DNA of 55,860 bases, counting the filler, from Sphacelaria rigidula (Eukaryota): assembly GCA_964200075.2 (NCBI GenBank). It is 6 parts of 6 records of this genome, joined end to end, with 100 filler letters (N's around TTAATTAATTAA, not from the genome) between each part and the next. Parts side by side here need not be neighbours in the genome. Positions count along the whole stretch, not along the records: positions 27,983 to 37,208 come from CAXNAA020008996.1; positions 37,309 to 46,534 come from CAXNAA020008997.1; positions 46,635 to 55,860 come from CAXNAA020008998.1; 3 more parts are not named here. One strand, 5' to 3'. The translations under genes and the position numbers were made by a program. This document shows, one piece after another, positions 36,580 through 48,784 of this stretch. The notes under the pieces were generated by a model. The model made no database searches, had not been told where the DNA came from, and was given only the letters and a program-made list of their open reading frames with translations. Each line of letters begins with the position of its first letter. The first letter of the stretch is position 1.

Positions 36580-37120
36580 AACCCACCATAACACAGCCCA
36601 GATACTGACATGAAATAAAGAAGCTAACCCTCCTTTTCCTTCAACCTACCACAATACAGCCCGGACATGGACATGAAATAAAGAACTTACCTTTTTGTTT
36701 TCTTTCACCTCCTCCTGTTGTTGTAATGCGTGAGAGGACCGCGTGCTTAGAAGAGGACCGCGCCGTAGTTAAAAACACTTCAGGGTCGACGTTTTTCAAA
36801 ACCAATCGGATCAGTCCCTGGAGGTACCACGGCCCTGACCATAACCCTAACCCTAACACTAACCCTAACCCTAACCGTAGGGGTGTTCAAATTCCGATGC
36901 GGTCCTCTAAGCACGCGGTCCTCTCACGCATTACACCACCATACCACAGCCCGGACAAATACATGAAATAGATAAGCTAACTGCCCTTTCCTTCAAACTG
37001 CCATAATTCAACCCGGACATAGACATGAAATAAATGAACTGACCCTCCTTTATTTAACCCACGACAGCACAACCCGGACATGACATGAAATAGAGGAGCT
37101 GACCCTCCTTTTTGTTTAAC
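36580..37120. repeat. ~60-65-bp tandem repeat interrupted by a MITE
   Basis: Units ...cacagcccggaca(tg)acatgaaataaagaagctaaccctcctttt. Confidence 0.8.
36722..36935. mobile_element. Telomere-like MITE, opposite orientation to the 29159 copy
   Basis: TIRs tgtaatgcgtgagaggaccgcgtgcttaga...; internal (ccctaa)n. Confidence 0.88.
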
Positions 37121-37208
37121 CCTTAGACCGCGAGGTTAGTCTTCTGTTGAATCGGCATCAATTTCAAGGGGAAAAAGTATGCATGATCCAGAAAGACTAC
37201 TCTCGCGG

Positions 37209-37308
37209 NNNNNNNNNNNNNNNNNNNNNNNNNNNNNNNNNNNNNNNNNNNNTTAATTAATTAANNNNNNNNNNNNNNNNNNNNNNNNNNNNNNNNNNNN
37301 NNNNNNNN
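37209..37308. other. Artificial contig-joining spacer
   Basis: Identical 100-bp linker. Confidence 0.98.
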
Positions 37309-37940
37309 GGGGGTTGGTTTGGGGTGGGGTGGTTTGGAGGGTGTGTTTTTGTGTTGTTTGTTTTTACGTACTCGTTTTGTTCCGTTTCGAGTTTTTGAAA
37401 TGACGTCGATTCCGCCGCAAAAGCACCGTGGTCTCGTTGTCTCATGAACGCTAGCTGGAACATATGCGCAGTCGGCGTGTGGCTGCACGGTGAATACTGG
37501 TTTCGTATGGACCACCCATCGTGCTACGGGTGCTTTCCATAGAGCGAAGGCGGCCATTTTGCCAGTCACCCTGTTCCTTGCGCACTACTGTGCAGACAGC
37601 ATTGCACAACGACCGTGGAGTACATTTGCGGAGTACTGTAGTACAGAAGCTCCGTCTGTACTCTGTGTACTGCGCCATATCCCGCTTCTGTGTGCTTGAA
37701 CGTCCTGTTAACTGCGGAGAGTAGTGCAGCCGTCGAAGTACCTTCCGGTGGCGCATATCTTGCCACAAGCTCTCTCTGTCTCTCTCTCTGTCACTCTCTC
37801 GCTGTGTGTCGAGCTTATGTGCATTCCATCACTGTCGGTCTCCTTTGGGGGCACCTAGAATACATGTACTGTACTGACTCTTGTAGGACCTCGCAAAACA
37901 TCATCGGCGACCTCTTCTGAGGCGAACAAGCGGGAAAGAC

Positions 37941-38132
37941 ATGACGACCGCTGCCGCTTCCCTCTCTGTCTACAAGACGGGTGAAAAGTCTGCCTTGCTA
38001 AAGGATGACCTGCCAGATTTCAGTGCGCTCAGTAAGCCCACTACCATAGTCGACGTCACCCGCCTCCAGAACGAGCTGCAAGCCCTACACAGTCGTCTGG
38101 CGATCCTGGAGCACGCCGCCCTCAACCCTCCG
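37941..38132 (+). CDS. First coding exon of an unknown coiled-coil protein
   Basis: MTTAAASLSVY...VDVTRLQNELQALHSRLAILEHAALNPP; donor ccg|gtgggt, phase 0; upstream acceptor tgtag| near 37886. Confidence 0.65.
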
Positions 38133-38300
38133 GTGGGTTTCATCAGGACTACTGTGCGCGGCACATGGCACGATGCTTGCACCTTTTACCATGGCGTTAT
38201 GGGTTGTAATTTTTTGCCGGTTTTTCTCGTCAAAACCGAATCAACCGTCTTCATCATTGTTGACTTGCTTCTTTGATTGATCATCCGTGGTATCCACCAG

Positions 38301-38503
38301 GCACCCCAGGAGTGCGCGGATAACAACAGCGAAGACCCTTCGGCTGGATCATCGTCCATTCATGAAATACCTGTCAGGCACAAGGAGGGGGGTGATTCCC
38401 CAGCAGTGGCGAAATATGGTAGTGACGCTACCTCTGCTGCTGCTGGTGGTACTGCAACTGCAACTACTGCCCCTGGGCTGGAGTCAGCTGGCTCCTACAA
38501 GAG
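38301..38503 (+). CDS. Second exon (low-complexity linker) of the same gene
   Basis: ccaccag| acceptor in frame with the previous exon; aagag|gtatta donor. Confidence 0.55.
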
Positions 38504-38871
38504 GTATTACGGTTGGCATATACATGGATATATTTCCCTACAGGCTTTTTCGCGTATGGTGGAGCGTGGAAGAGTTGTCACTAGACTCTTGTTTCTTATG
38601 CGGTTTTTTTCAAAACGATTGTGCGTCTTGTTCAAAATGGGGTCATTTTGAAGCGGAAACCCCGCCGACGGGTTATAATCACTTAGTTTTAGTGTCGAAG
38701 ACCGAGAAACAAGAACGCACAATTAGTTATGCGAATTATGCGAAAGCGTAATAAACAAGAGCCTAGTCGTATCCTAGACTTTTCTTGATGGTATTTTAAA
38801 GCGTCAGGAGGCCGCTTGCCATAGTGAACGAAATACAAATCTGGAAAAGCACCTATTTGGAGCTTCTACGG

Positions 38872-39154
38872 CGTTTGACGCCATAAAAGAAGGCTACTAT
38901 TAGGCGGATTATGATGCTATGGAATGCCTTGCTATAGTTGTTGAGACGGTTCCAGGACATTCGGAAATTTGTCATGGCTTGACCGGTCTCCGAGAAAAAT
39001 GAGCGATCTCCGAGATAAATGTGAGGTTGGCCATTAAAAACTGCCACCACTGGAAAAACGCACAGGTGTGCTGGAACCGTCTCAACGACTACGGCAAGGC
39101 ATTCCAAGGTGTCAAAACCCGCCTAATAATAACTTTATTTCAGGGCGTAAAACG
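38872..39154. repeat. Inverted repeat with ~87-bp arms (MITE-like)
   Basis: ...tattaggcgg...tggaatgccttgctatagttgttgagacggttccaggaca pairs with tgtgctggaaccgtctcaacgactacggcaaggcattcca...ccgcctaata. Confidence 0.8.
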
Positions 39155-39519
39155 TCGTATATGCAAAGAAGCACTTTTCCAGCAGATATTTTTGTTTGTT
39201 TGCCACAATAAGCGGCCTGACCCTGAAATGTTTGAACACCTCAAGAGTGTGCGCAGAATGAGAAAGCACCGTCTTGAGTGGGAAAAATCCACTCTTAGAT
39301 GAAGAAATTACAGTAATCGTCATGTCATTTTGAAGTAGGAAGACCACAAATGACCGAGAGTAGAGAAGAAGCACGACCATTGTTTTGTGACTGTGCACGT
39401 GTAGAAGTTATGTTCTTCACTCGTCAAAACCATGGGCGGAAACAGGGAGCTACGGGGAGAAGATTTTCGGACACGGAGGCCCCGCTCCCCCCTTCCGGAG
39501 GGCATTTTTTTTAACCTTG

Positions 39520-39905
39520 TCATTCTTTTTGTTGAATATTGTTGCAAGAAATTGATCAACAAATGCTGACAAAAACCGAGAAGTCTGGTGGGTTTCGCGG
39601 GGTTCGTATATTTGCTTCTGCTCCTTGCCCGCTCTGGCCTGATGACCTCAGATACCGGCCAGACTCACACATGTATATACACGAGGGCACGGTAGCGACA
39701 GCCTGTAGCCAAAGTGGTGACAATACTTCACGCTTCGCCGAACTTGCCCGAACTACTGGTAAGTACTCGAGGCAAACGACACAGAACATGATCCCATAAA
39801 TGTAATAATGGTGAGCAATAAGCTCAGGGAGGGCGGCGTGTCCGCCATCTCAACCGTCTCCATGCCAAGGATTTCTGTACAACGCCTCGACAATGAACTA
39901 GGGGG
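39520..39905. repeat. Dispersed repeat, homologous to 35770-36195
   Basis: Direct sequence similarity to 35770-36195. Confidence 0.75.
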
Positions 39906-42216
39906 CAGGAGGCTGGATGCCCCCCCCCCCCCCCCCCCCCCAACACAACACTCAAAATATATGCGTTCCCTCCTCCGCACACTTTCCCCCCCCCCCCCTC
40001 TGCTGGCCGATAAGCAAAACANNNNNNNNNNCGAGCTCACACCCCCCCGCCCCTCCGGTTTCTGGGGCAGAAACAGGGAGCGCCGGGGGGGAGAGTGCCG
40101 GGCACGCCCCCCCCCCCCCCCCCCCTCTAAAAAACTCAAAATTTCGAATTTGGGCGTTACGTGTCCCGAAATCTTTCCCCCGTAGCTCCTTGGCGGAAAG
40201 TTAGAAACGAAAACAAGTTTGTAATTTCGAGGAAAAACGCTTTGGTGATTTGACGACATCTACTGGTACGAGTTGTGACGTAAAAGTTGCTGGCACATGC
40301 GGATTTGAATTCCCAGCATATGGTGTTATTTTGAGCTTGAATCAAGATGTTCGGGTAATTATTCTCGGAGCAATTTGATCTTTGAATGCCAGAGTAGCTC
40401 GATTTGAAGTTGAAAAAAGGAATGAGCAACAGCCACGGTCTTTGACTGTGCAGTGACGTGCTTATAACTCGCAAAAATCAGGAAGGAATGGAGAAATGAG
40501 TGTCATGGAGTAAATTCCACTCAGTGTATCAAGCCCATTTTTCAAACTTTGGCCGCGTGATTTTGATGGGTTAGGATAACAACTCACGCTGCCTGATATG
40601 AACATGGCAAAACTTTTAAAAAGGGAAATGACACGACTGAATGTGATCCAAACGGGTTTGCATTTCCTCATGAACGGACCTCGCAACGTGAAATACAAAA
40701 TACAAGAGGCCACCCTGAAAAATGGGGACGATATTTTCCCACGAGCTGGGCCAGCTGACAGTGATTTGCGAATGTATCCCGGCCGGGCGGTGGGTAATCC
40801 GAAGCGTTGGGCGCTGAAATTTTTACACATGTTGATCATCACTACGCACAAGCTTCCCGCGAATGCCAAGAAATAAACCCCGGAAAGTTCGAGCGATTTG
40901 AAGTCTTTGCAAAAACTAGAAAAATGTTATAACTCCGTGAAAATAAGAAATACGGGAGCATCCCCTGTGTAGTTGTTCGTCCTTGTGTGGAGGAGATCCT
41001 GGTGCAGCTTCGGCCAAATATTTCAGAAATTTGGCGCAGCATCAAATTTTTCGTGTGGCACGGCTGCGTTCCTTTAATTCAAGTGATGCAGTTGACTCCA
41101 GTTATGGAGGTCACGGATTTGAATCCCACGGATTCCTTTTTTTTTGTCCCGTCGGCGAGGTGTTACACTATGAAGTACATTTTCCCTCCATTTTTCTTCA
41201 CTCAGCGGTGGTTCCGTGCGTTACCACGTTGGTCTGCAGGTCACACCGATATACTCAAGTCGGGCTGATTTGGTGAACTTGATAAGTTATGGTGTGACAT
41301 GCAAATGCGGGATTTACTGCTGGCCCAGCTCGTATGGGAACGATTTGAGATCGAAATCGTATATGATTTCGAACCCAGTACCCGTCAAACGCGCCTTGAA
41401 AGCGACCTTTGGTGCGTACTAGATTCAATATCATACATGATTTCAGCCTCTGTTTGTTACCACAAGAAATTCCCGTTCCTTTTTTCAGGATCGCCTGTTG
41501 TGCGGCCACGGCGTTGCAGTCGTCTTTTTGCCAGCGCCAAGCAGATATGTCCTAGTTCATGTATCCGTGCTGCTCGAAGGTCTCCGAAAAGGTCTAGGAA
41601 ACGATTTCTCATCATTTCCGGTAAAGGCTCTATACGTCGAGCCCAGCCTTACACTGCTCGCCACGATAACTCTGGCCAAACCGTGGGTGACCAACCCGGG
41701 CCTTTACTTCTCTCCCGCACCCGTGAAGTGCGTTAACTCGAAAATTGCATGGGACACTGTCTACGATAGCCCCTTCCCCCCGACAAAGTGCCTGGTTTGG
41801 GGAGACAAAACCTTCACGTTAATCGAACAGGAAACAGCCGAGCACAACGAGCAGCCGGGAATTCCCACGGTCGGGTTCGTTCTCGCCAATGTCGCCCATG
41901 TAAGGCGCTTCATGCAGCCTGAACCCAAACATCAGGCGCTGTATCATCGTTTTTTCGTGACACTTTTGTCGACTTTACGGTCGACGAGGGAAAGGGACTG
42001 CTGAACCCCTCTCGCGAACAAAAATTAAGGTAAGCACCGCAGAAGGAAGGTGGAGTATTAAAAAAAGCAAAAGCAAAAAAACTCCTGTGTTGGCCTTCCT
42101 CCTGTGTGACCCCGGCTGGTGCGCCCACATATACCGCAAGGTGTAGACCGGCGTCCAGGATAGATGGGGCGACAACACACACATACACACACATGTTTTT
42201 GGGCTGGTTAGGGGGG

Positions 42217-42286
42217 CGTACTCATTTGTTGCTTGCCTTAGTCGTTTGACCATTGACCACGCATCCCTTTCGAGACGGAGCAAAAC
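42217..42286 (-). mobile_element. 70-bp 5'-truncated LINE-B insertion with 15-bp target-site duplication
   Basis: Flanked by the direct repeat ggctggttagggggg at 42202-42216 and 42287-42301. Confidence 0.85.
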
Positions 42287-43013
42287 GGCTGGTTAGGGGG
42301 GGGGGCTATCGTAGAAAATGTCATGCAAACCTTACAAGAGCAGGGTCGACATTTCTGGTTCTTCTCCCACTTTCAGCGCCGGGAAACGGCAACCTCGTCC
42401 TGAAACAGGAGATTCTCTGGATACTCATAGAGACCATTGGACCTCTTTCTCGGGGTCGTTGTTGACAGTAAAAGCCAGGATCATTTTTCTCCCCTTGATT
42501 TTTGCATGCTTTTCCATGTTCATAGTCCGAGTTTCTGCTCTTCATATCTGGGAAATTGCACGACTTCTTTTCCGTCGCGATGTCCGTTTCCGCTTCCAGC
42601 CTTGGAAAGTGGGCAGGGCATAGCCGAAACTTTGCACTTCTGCTTGTGTCATACAGTTTCAGCGGACACACAGCCCCGACACTACACACACCACGACCGC
42701 ACTGCATAGTAGATACGGTTCAGCTGTTCGACGGGGATGGGGATGATGATATCCGGCGTTTGCACTGCTGGCACACGCCCGGTGGTGGCACGCGGAACAA
42801 ACGTAACACATGATGGACCCCAATCGTTTCGCATGAAACTGTCGTTTCCCATTTGTTGAGGTTGGAAAATGGAAATGACGATGCCACGTCTCCGAGCATA
42901 CCGCCACCCCGTAACATCGGCTCATAGTGACTACTGTCATCAAAGTTTGCTGTACAAATGCGAGGAGACTTTCCTTTATAGTTGCCTTCCGGTCGTAACG
43001 CTTTGCCCCGGAG

Positions 43014-43210
43014 GAAGTGAGGCGCCGAGATTGGGTGGAAAGTCGAAGAAAGCGGCGGCGCTAGCGGCGGAAGCGATGAAAGCACAGATTGGGGAGATAT
43101 CAGAGCGGGTTGAAGCGCTCGCTGCGTCGGCAAGGCATCGTGAAAAGGCGCAGGGGGCAAAGGAGAAATCGATCACGCTGGCGAGGACGATGGAGACTAA
43201 TGGAATACGG
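43014..43210 (+). CDS. Coiled-coil exon of the 37941 gene (acceptor uncertain)
   Basis: SEAPRLGGKSKKAAALAAEAMKAQIGEISERVEALAASARHREK...NGIR; donor cgg|gtgcgt, phase 0. Confidence 0.55.
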
Positions 43211-45000
43211 GTGCGTTTGCGCGTAGCTAAGGAGTAAGGAAGGGCAGCCTGACATGATATCGGCAGTGCAGTGCCTTAGCGTGAGCTTTTTTGAACCGAA
43301 ATAGAACCCTCTAGTAGCGGTGACACGAGTCACTGGTACCTGCGGCAGGCTGGCCTAATCTTGCAATAGAGTACCTTTTCTTTGGGAGGATGGGGCGTGC
43401 GTTTTTATTATCCATCAGAGCGGTATAGCTGCACACGGAGAGCGGTGCGGAAAACTAGTGTTACACCGACATCATCGTGTGCCCAAAGGTGCCGATCCTT
43501 AGTTGTTGCCAAACGTTGAACCTACATATGCGTAATCCATGCGTGGCGTAAGAAGCTGCAGAGTTGCCTGTGATTTAGTCTCGCTCGAAGTTAGCACTGT
43601 ACTACCCCTTCGATTATGCATACTTCACGACAGTTTCCCCATGTTTCGCGATAGACACAGCAGTGCCCAGACCCTGGTCCTAGAATGTTGTGATAGCATC
43701 AAGCACGATTCTACACTTGGTGCATAGGTCCATGGAAGGTTCGGCTACGACAATGGTCGCCACATCCCCACCGGTTTGCTGGCATTCGAGTCTACCGCTC
43801 TTATCGCTGAAAAAAACAGTCACCCCAAAACCAAGCCGGAAAGGTAACCTATCAAACACACAGCAGGGTTGTTTCAAGAATCTCGCCGAGTGGTGAAGAG
43901 TTTGTCAATCTTCCAAGGAGCGGACGAATGAATGATTGATTCTTGAGCTTTGTGTTCAGCGTTGCAACCCAGGTACACGCGGCCCAGGCACGCGGAACGG
44001 CGCAAATATTGCGTGGAGACCTTTTTTGACCAGCGGTCGACTTTTTTTTTTCTCTCTCTTTCGAGCAATCAGGCCTGGAAAAAATCGTGGATTTGGTAAT
44101 TCGAACCGGCGATGATTCATCCCAACCGCGAAATCTTCGATTTGGCCGCGATTCATCCCAAGGTGATTTGCGGGGGTAAATGAAGGCGTATATTGCAGCA
44201 GTCCACGCTCTGACGGGGTGGTCGACGCGTACACGGCGTCCCAGGATGTTGTTAGGTTGTCCGATGTTGTGTACAATGTATCGACACCTTGAATATTTGC
44301 CATTTTAATCCCACCAGATCGTGGAATTTTGCCATGTCCGCCTGAAAGTACCCCTGTGGCCACTCGTGTACAAGAGGCGAATCACCCCGCTTTGCTCGGG
44401 TTTTCCCCTCATGACGGCATCGTCAAAGAATCATCCACGTCCATCAATCCCGTCCGAATATTCGTCCAGACGAAATAAATCCTACAATCCGTGGCATCAT
44501 CTTTCCGCTAACGACCGGTTGGTATCACCAACGGCGTGTCACGTTCGCGTACATTCTCACATGGCTGAAGAAGCGCCAATCTCCACGTTTGTTTTTATCG
44601 TTTTCCTTTCCACGCTTTAGTCCGCTGGCTATGCGTGCCGTCAATCAACTGAAGGGCACAACAAATGGCGCAATGCACGTACACTGAGCCAAAGTTTGGC
44701 CTGCTACCCTGCCAGTATTGTCAGCCGCGCCTTACTCCAACGATACGACGTCCACCCCAGCTTTTCACGTAAAGTTGAATAATTTCTCAGCCCACGCCGC
44801 CGCTGGAACCGTTGTGTATATTCCTCACGACACCCTGCAAAACTGTGATCGGTGGATCTAAATAACAACGTACTCGTGTGCATCCCCTAGATGCCACATG
44901 TGATTGGACGCTGGTGTCTGCGCTCACTGTGCTTCTCGCGCTCTTTCAGCTGCGAGCACTCGTGAATATGTCATGTTTATTTCTTGTCCATCCCTCGAGG

Positions 45001-45215
45001 TGCTCCGTCTCGAAAGGGATGCGTGGTCAACGGTCAAACGACTGAGGCAAGCAAAAAATGAGTACCCCCCCTCCCCCCCCCGTCGAGTCTGGTCCGGCGA
45101 AAACCCGGCGTGCTCCGTCGCGGCTTTGTAGGGCTGCGAGGTCAATGGTCTTATGACGACGGCATGCAAGATCATGAGTACCCACCCCTGTGAACCTGCA
45201 AGGTTGGGCAGCAAA
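45001..45215 (+). mobile_element. LINE-B 3' tip, then a C-run, then the dispersed repeat of 9715-9850
   Basis: tgctccgtctcgaaagggatgcgtggtcaacggtcaaacgactgaggcaagcaaaaaatgagtacccccc, then ctggtccggcgaaaacccggcg...ggcatgcaagatcat. Confidence 0.75.
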
Positions 45216-45814
45216 TACGCACGTGTCTGCCCTGTTTGTTCGTTCTACGTCCGCGTTTCTTCTTCACTTTTCATGAGCGAGTTTTCTGTCTTGTTCACCT
45301 CGGGCAAGTCTACTTTGTGACCACGGCTAAGTCCCCCGGGGATTAGTTATGGTAGTGCGACTATCAATCGATCAAGTCGATCTACCACGCCGTGCTTATC
45401 CGGTCTTCGTTCCTTTTGCAGTGTGTTGCGAACTTTCCGCTGCGCGCTGGCCCGTTCCAACTCGCTGGTGGGATCAACAATCTCCTTTTTTTCACCCTTG
45501 ATTTATTCGTGTCCAATGATCGTGTAATGCCGAGCGAAAGTCCACATTCCAGAGGCCCTGAATTTCACGCTGGGTTTCTGGTCTTCTCCGCTTCACCGCG
45601 CGTTGCTAAATCGCCATCCCGCTCGATCCAAATTTGGCTTTCCCATACGAGGTTTTCGTACGTCCATACTGAGACGCGATATTTATGCGGTGGAATATTC
45701 TCCGCACCTTCTCCGCACCCTCCTTGTATTTGTGTGTATGTCTACGTTGCCACTTCGCTACTGTTGCCATCAACCTGCACTACTGACTCTTGTGCGTGTC
45801 TGCCCCCCCCCCAG

Positions 45815-45958
45815 TTGGCCATCGCGTCGCGCGTGACGTCCGACGAGCTACAGCAAGCGACGAAGGCGAACACCGACAAAATCGTGGCCTTGGAATCTCA
45901 CGTAGAGTCTGAACTCAGTGATCGCTTCCGGAGGATACAGGACATGGTTCACGATCAG
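45815..45958 (+). CDS. Coiled-coil exon of the 37941 gene
   Basis: ccccag| acceptor and cag|gtgtgc donor; 144 nt, phase 0-0; LAIASRVTSDELQQATKANTDKIVALESHVESELSDRFRRIQDMVHDQ. Confidence 0.7.
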
Positions 45959-46534
45959 GTGTGCTTCGTTTGTAGGGGACTAATAATCTGGGAAAGAAAG
46001 AAAAAAGCTCGTACTGGGATAATCTTACTTCAATAACGTCATTTTTTCGTGAGTCGCGGTGGTTGCTGACTACGCGTGAGCATTTTCTTTCAGTCCATTT
46101 ATGCCGCCGCGCACGCTGATCATATTTATTTTTGATTTCGCGACTACTTCTACAGCGAGGATCCTCGAACCTGTCGTTGTCAAAGGGCTTACTGCGTAAC
46201 GTGTAAAACCACCAATCGAAATCGGTTCTCCTCTTGTGTGTCAGTACTCTTGCGGTGAATCAGCATAAACATATGTTTGCGCACAGCACGGGACGGCACA
46301 ACAGGACCGTAGGGAGTGGAGCAAGCTGACATGTGGTGAACTGGTTTTGTTTGTACGAGGTGGTAGTGCAGGTGGCCGCGGTGGGGTAGTCATTTTTCAT
46401 CGATGAGCTCGCAGCCAAGCACAGCCGAAGCGCGATACGCGAGTTTATAACATACTGGCCGAGGACAGACTGTAGACTACTGCAGCACACTTGCGAAGCG
46501 GTATACTTACGAGTGATGCTACGATAGGGGAGGG

Positions 46535-46634
46535 NNNNNNNNNNNNNNNNNNNNNNNNNNNNNNNNNNNNNNNNNNNNTTAATTAATTAANNNNNNNNNN
46601 NNNNNNNNNNNNNNNNNNNNNNNNNNNNNNNNNN
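46535..46634. other. Artificial contig-joining spacer
   Basis: Identical 100-bp linker. Confidence 0.98.
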
Positions 46635-48387
46635 CACGTGTGCGGGCTGCGTGTACCTGGGTTTTAACGCTCAAATGAGTTGTTGTGGGGATTCATTCAT
46701 CACGAGTCAACTTATCATACTAAAACCAAGTATTCTCCTGACGAATCATTATTTGTCCTAACCGTGGAAACAACGTATAATTTTGCCGACACGTCCACAC
46801 ACAAAAAAGTGAAAAAACTTGAAAAACTGGTGAAACACTTGGCACGGCCGGGTTTATTATAATATGGTAAAAATTGATGGGAAATGACAAGAAATGAAGC
46901 GAAAACGCCCCAATTTTCTGCCTCCGGCGGCGGCTCCAGCGGGGTCCCCTCACCAGCCGGGGGCGGCCGAAGGGGCTCGCCGATAATTTTCGGCTCTGCC
47001 GACATTTATCGATATCGTGTCGAACTGATTGATGGAATGATATCCAACACTAAATATTACTATCTTGAGAACTAAGGTAGAACAAAAAAAATTGGGACTG
47101 ACCCCGAAAAAGTAGTCGTAGTAGTAGTAGTAGTCCATTCCGTACACGAGAAGAAGTAATTTCACCCAGTGTCCCTTTTGTTGGCTCGATGTCCCTCGAT
47201 CGCGTGGAAAGTTTCAGCGCCTTCTATCGACGATGTATGATCGCAGCGCCGAGCGAACGCGTCAGTTAGCACCTTTTCGCCTCGATGTCGGGGCGAAAAA
47301 GGGGACGTTTTTAGCCCGAATTTGGTGCTTTCGCATATTCACTTTGAGGGCACGGAAGACGGGCAACCCCCGAAAATAGTTCCAAGGAGGTCGGGGGGCA
47401 TGAGGTTGTCGATATGAAATTCATTGGTCATGACTTCAGGTCAGGGAAAGCACTGCTTTCCAGTTGAAATTTATTAAAACGTTGAACCTCAAAAACGGAT
47501 TCAGGCCCTTTTTCTGTAAGAGTAGTGTTGAGTGACGTGGTTCACCTAAACTCAGCTCAAGTGATATGCCTCCATTTAGTAAAGGAATTGGTGTGGAAGA
47601 AGTTTTATATAGGGTTTGTTATCCCCCCCTCGGGCGCCGAGAATCGAAAAGGTGGGCGGCCGGGGCTTGTTTTTGTATACCATGGCTTCGTTTCTCTGTG
47701 CATCGTGTCCGCAATAACATCATCATTAATTATATAATAATTATATAACAGCTCCAGATCGTTTGTCCTGCTTCCTTCAAAGCGGGTGGTATTTTTGGGG
47801 GACACTTGTTTACACGTGGTGTACATTCCCCGAACAAGAAATATATCGCCATGACATGCCTCAAACACTTTGCATCGCTTCACCGGGAGAAGTCCGTAGT
47901 ACATTTTCCCGATCCCCTTGGCTCCTAGGTTTCGAAAACGGTATCTTGAAAAAAATACGGCTGAAAAAGTGCCATGTCCACAGGTGTCATAAAAAATACC
48001 TGTTGACACCGCCACAGCAGTTTTTTTTTCCGGCCATGTTTTGCCCAGAGGCCATTGTCGAAATTTCAGGTCGTGTCTTAGCCCTCAGACGACGAGCGTC
48101 GCCTCGAAACAGTTGTACACAGAGGCTGACAGCTCCGAGACATCCAGGGGCTTCTAGGGCTTGGGGGGGTGGTTTCTGGAAGGGGGAGGGTGTATCTCCG
48201 CGGAGCATTGGAGAAGCTCACGGAGTTAACCACGTGTATTTGAAAATTTCTCGCAGAAAATTATGAGCCGCGTGCACGAGGCCCGAGTGGCGCGGGATGA
48301 CCATTCTGACCTATCACGCTCGTCAAATGAGCACTTTTGTTCCGGTAGAGGTAGACAGCTGGTAGACACATATTCGCCGTCTACCCT

Positions 48388-48622
48388 CAAAACTCATTTT
48401 GATCATGCCAAATCAACAATAGATTATATAACCAAAAAACAGATGGTTTAGAATCTTCGACACACTGTCTGTGTTTGTCGAAACTCAAAACAGATGGTTT
48501 AGAATCTTCGATACACTGTCTGTGTTTGTCAAAACTCATTTTGATCATGCCCAATCAACCATAAATTATATAACCAAAAAACAGATGGTTTAGCATCTTC
48601 GATACACTGTGTCTGTCTGTCT
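48388..48622. repeat. Local tandem duplication (A-B-B-A-B, ~45-50-bp blocks)
   Basis: aaaacagatggtttagaatcttcga.acactgt x3; aaaactcattttgatcatgcc.aatcaac x2. Confidence 0.85.
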
Positions 48623-48658
48623 GTTTAGTACTGCCTGGGCGTCCTAGTAGCTCCATAC

Positions 48659-48784
48659 CTCCATCTGGTACAGCGTCGACGTCATGGCGCAATACGCGAG
48701 CGGCGGCCACGAGTATCCTACGCACGTAGATGTAGACAAGTACTCCGATGATGGTGAGGCGACTGCCATCGCCGAGCAATTACT
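48659..48784 (-). CDS. Candidate isolated exon, unknown protein
   Basis: ccgcag| ... gag|gtatgg; 126 nt, open only in phase 0 (SNCSAMAVASPSSEYLSTSTCVGYSWPPLAYCAMTSTLYQME). Confidence 0.3.

Noticed and set aside
36840-36876. True telomere or chromosome end
   Set aside because: Only a few CCCTAA units, internal to a TIR-bounded MITE
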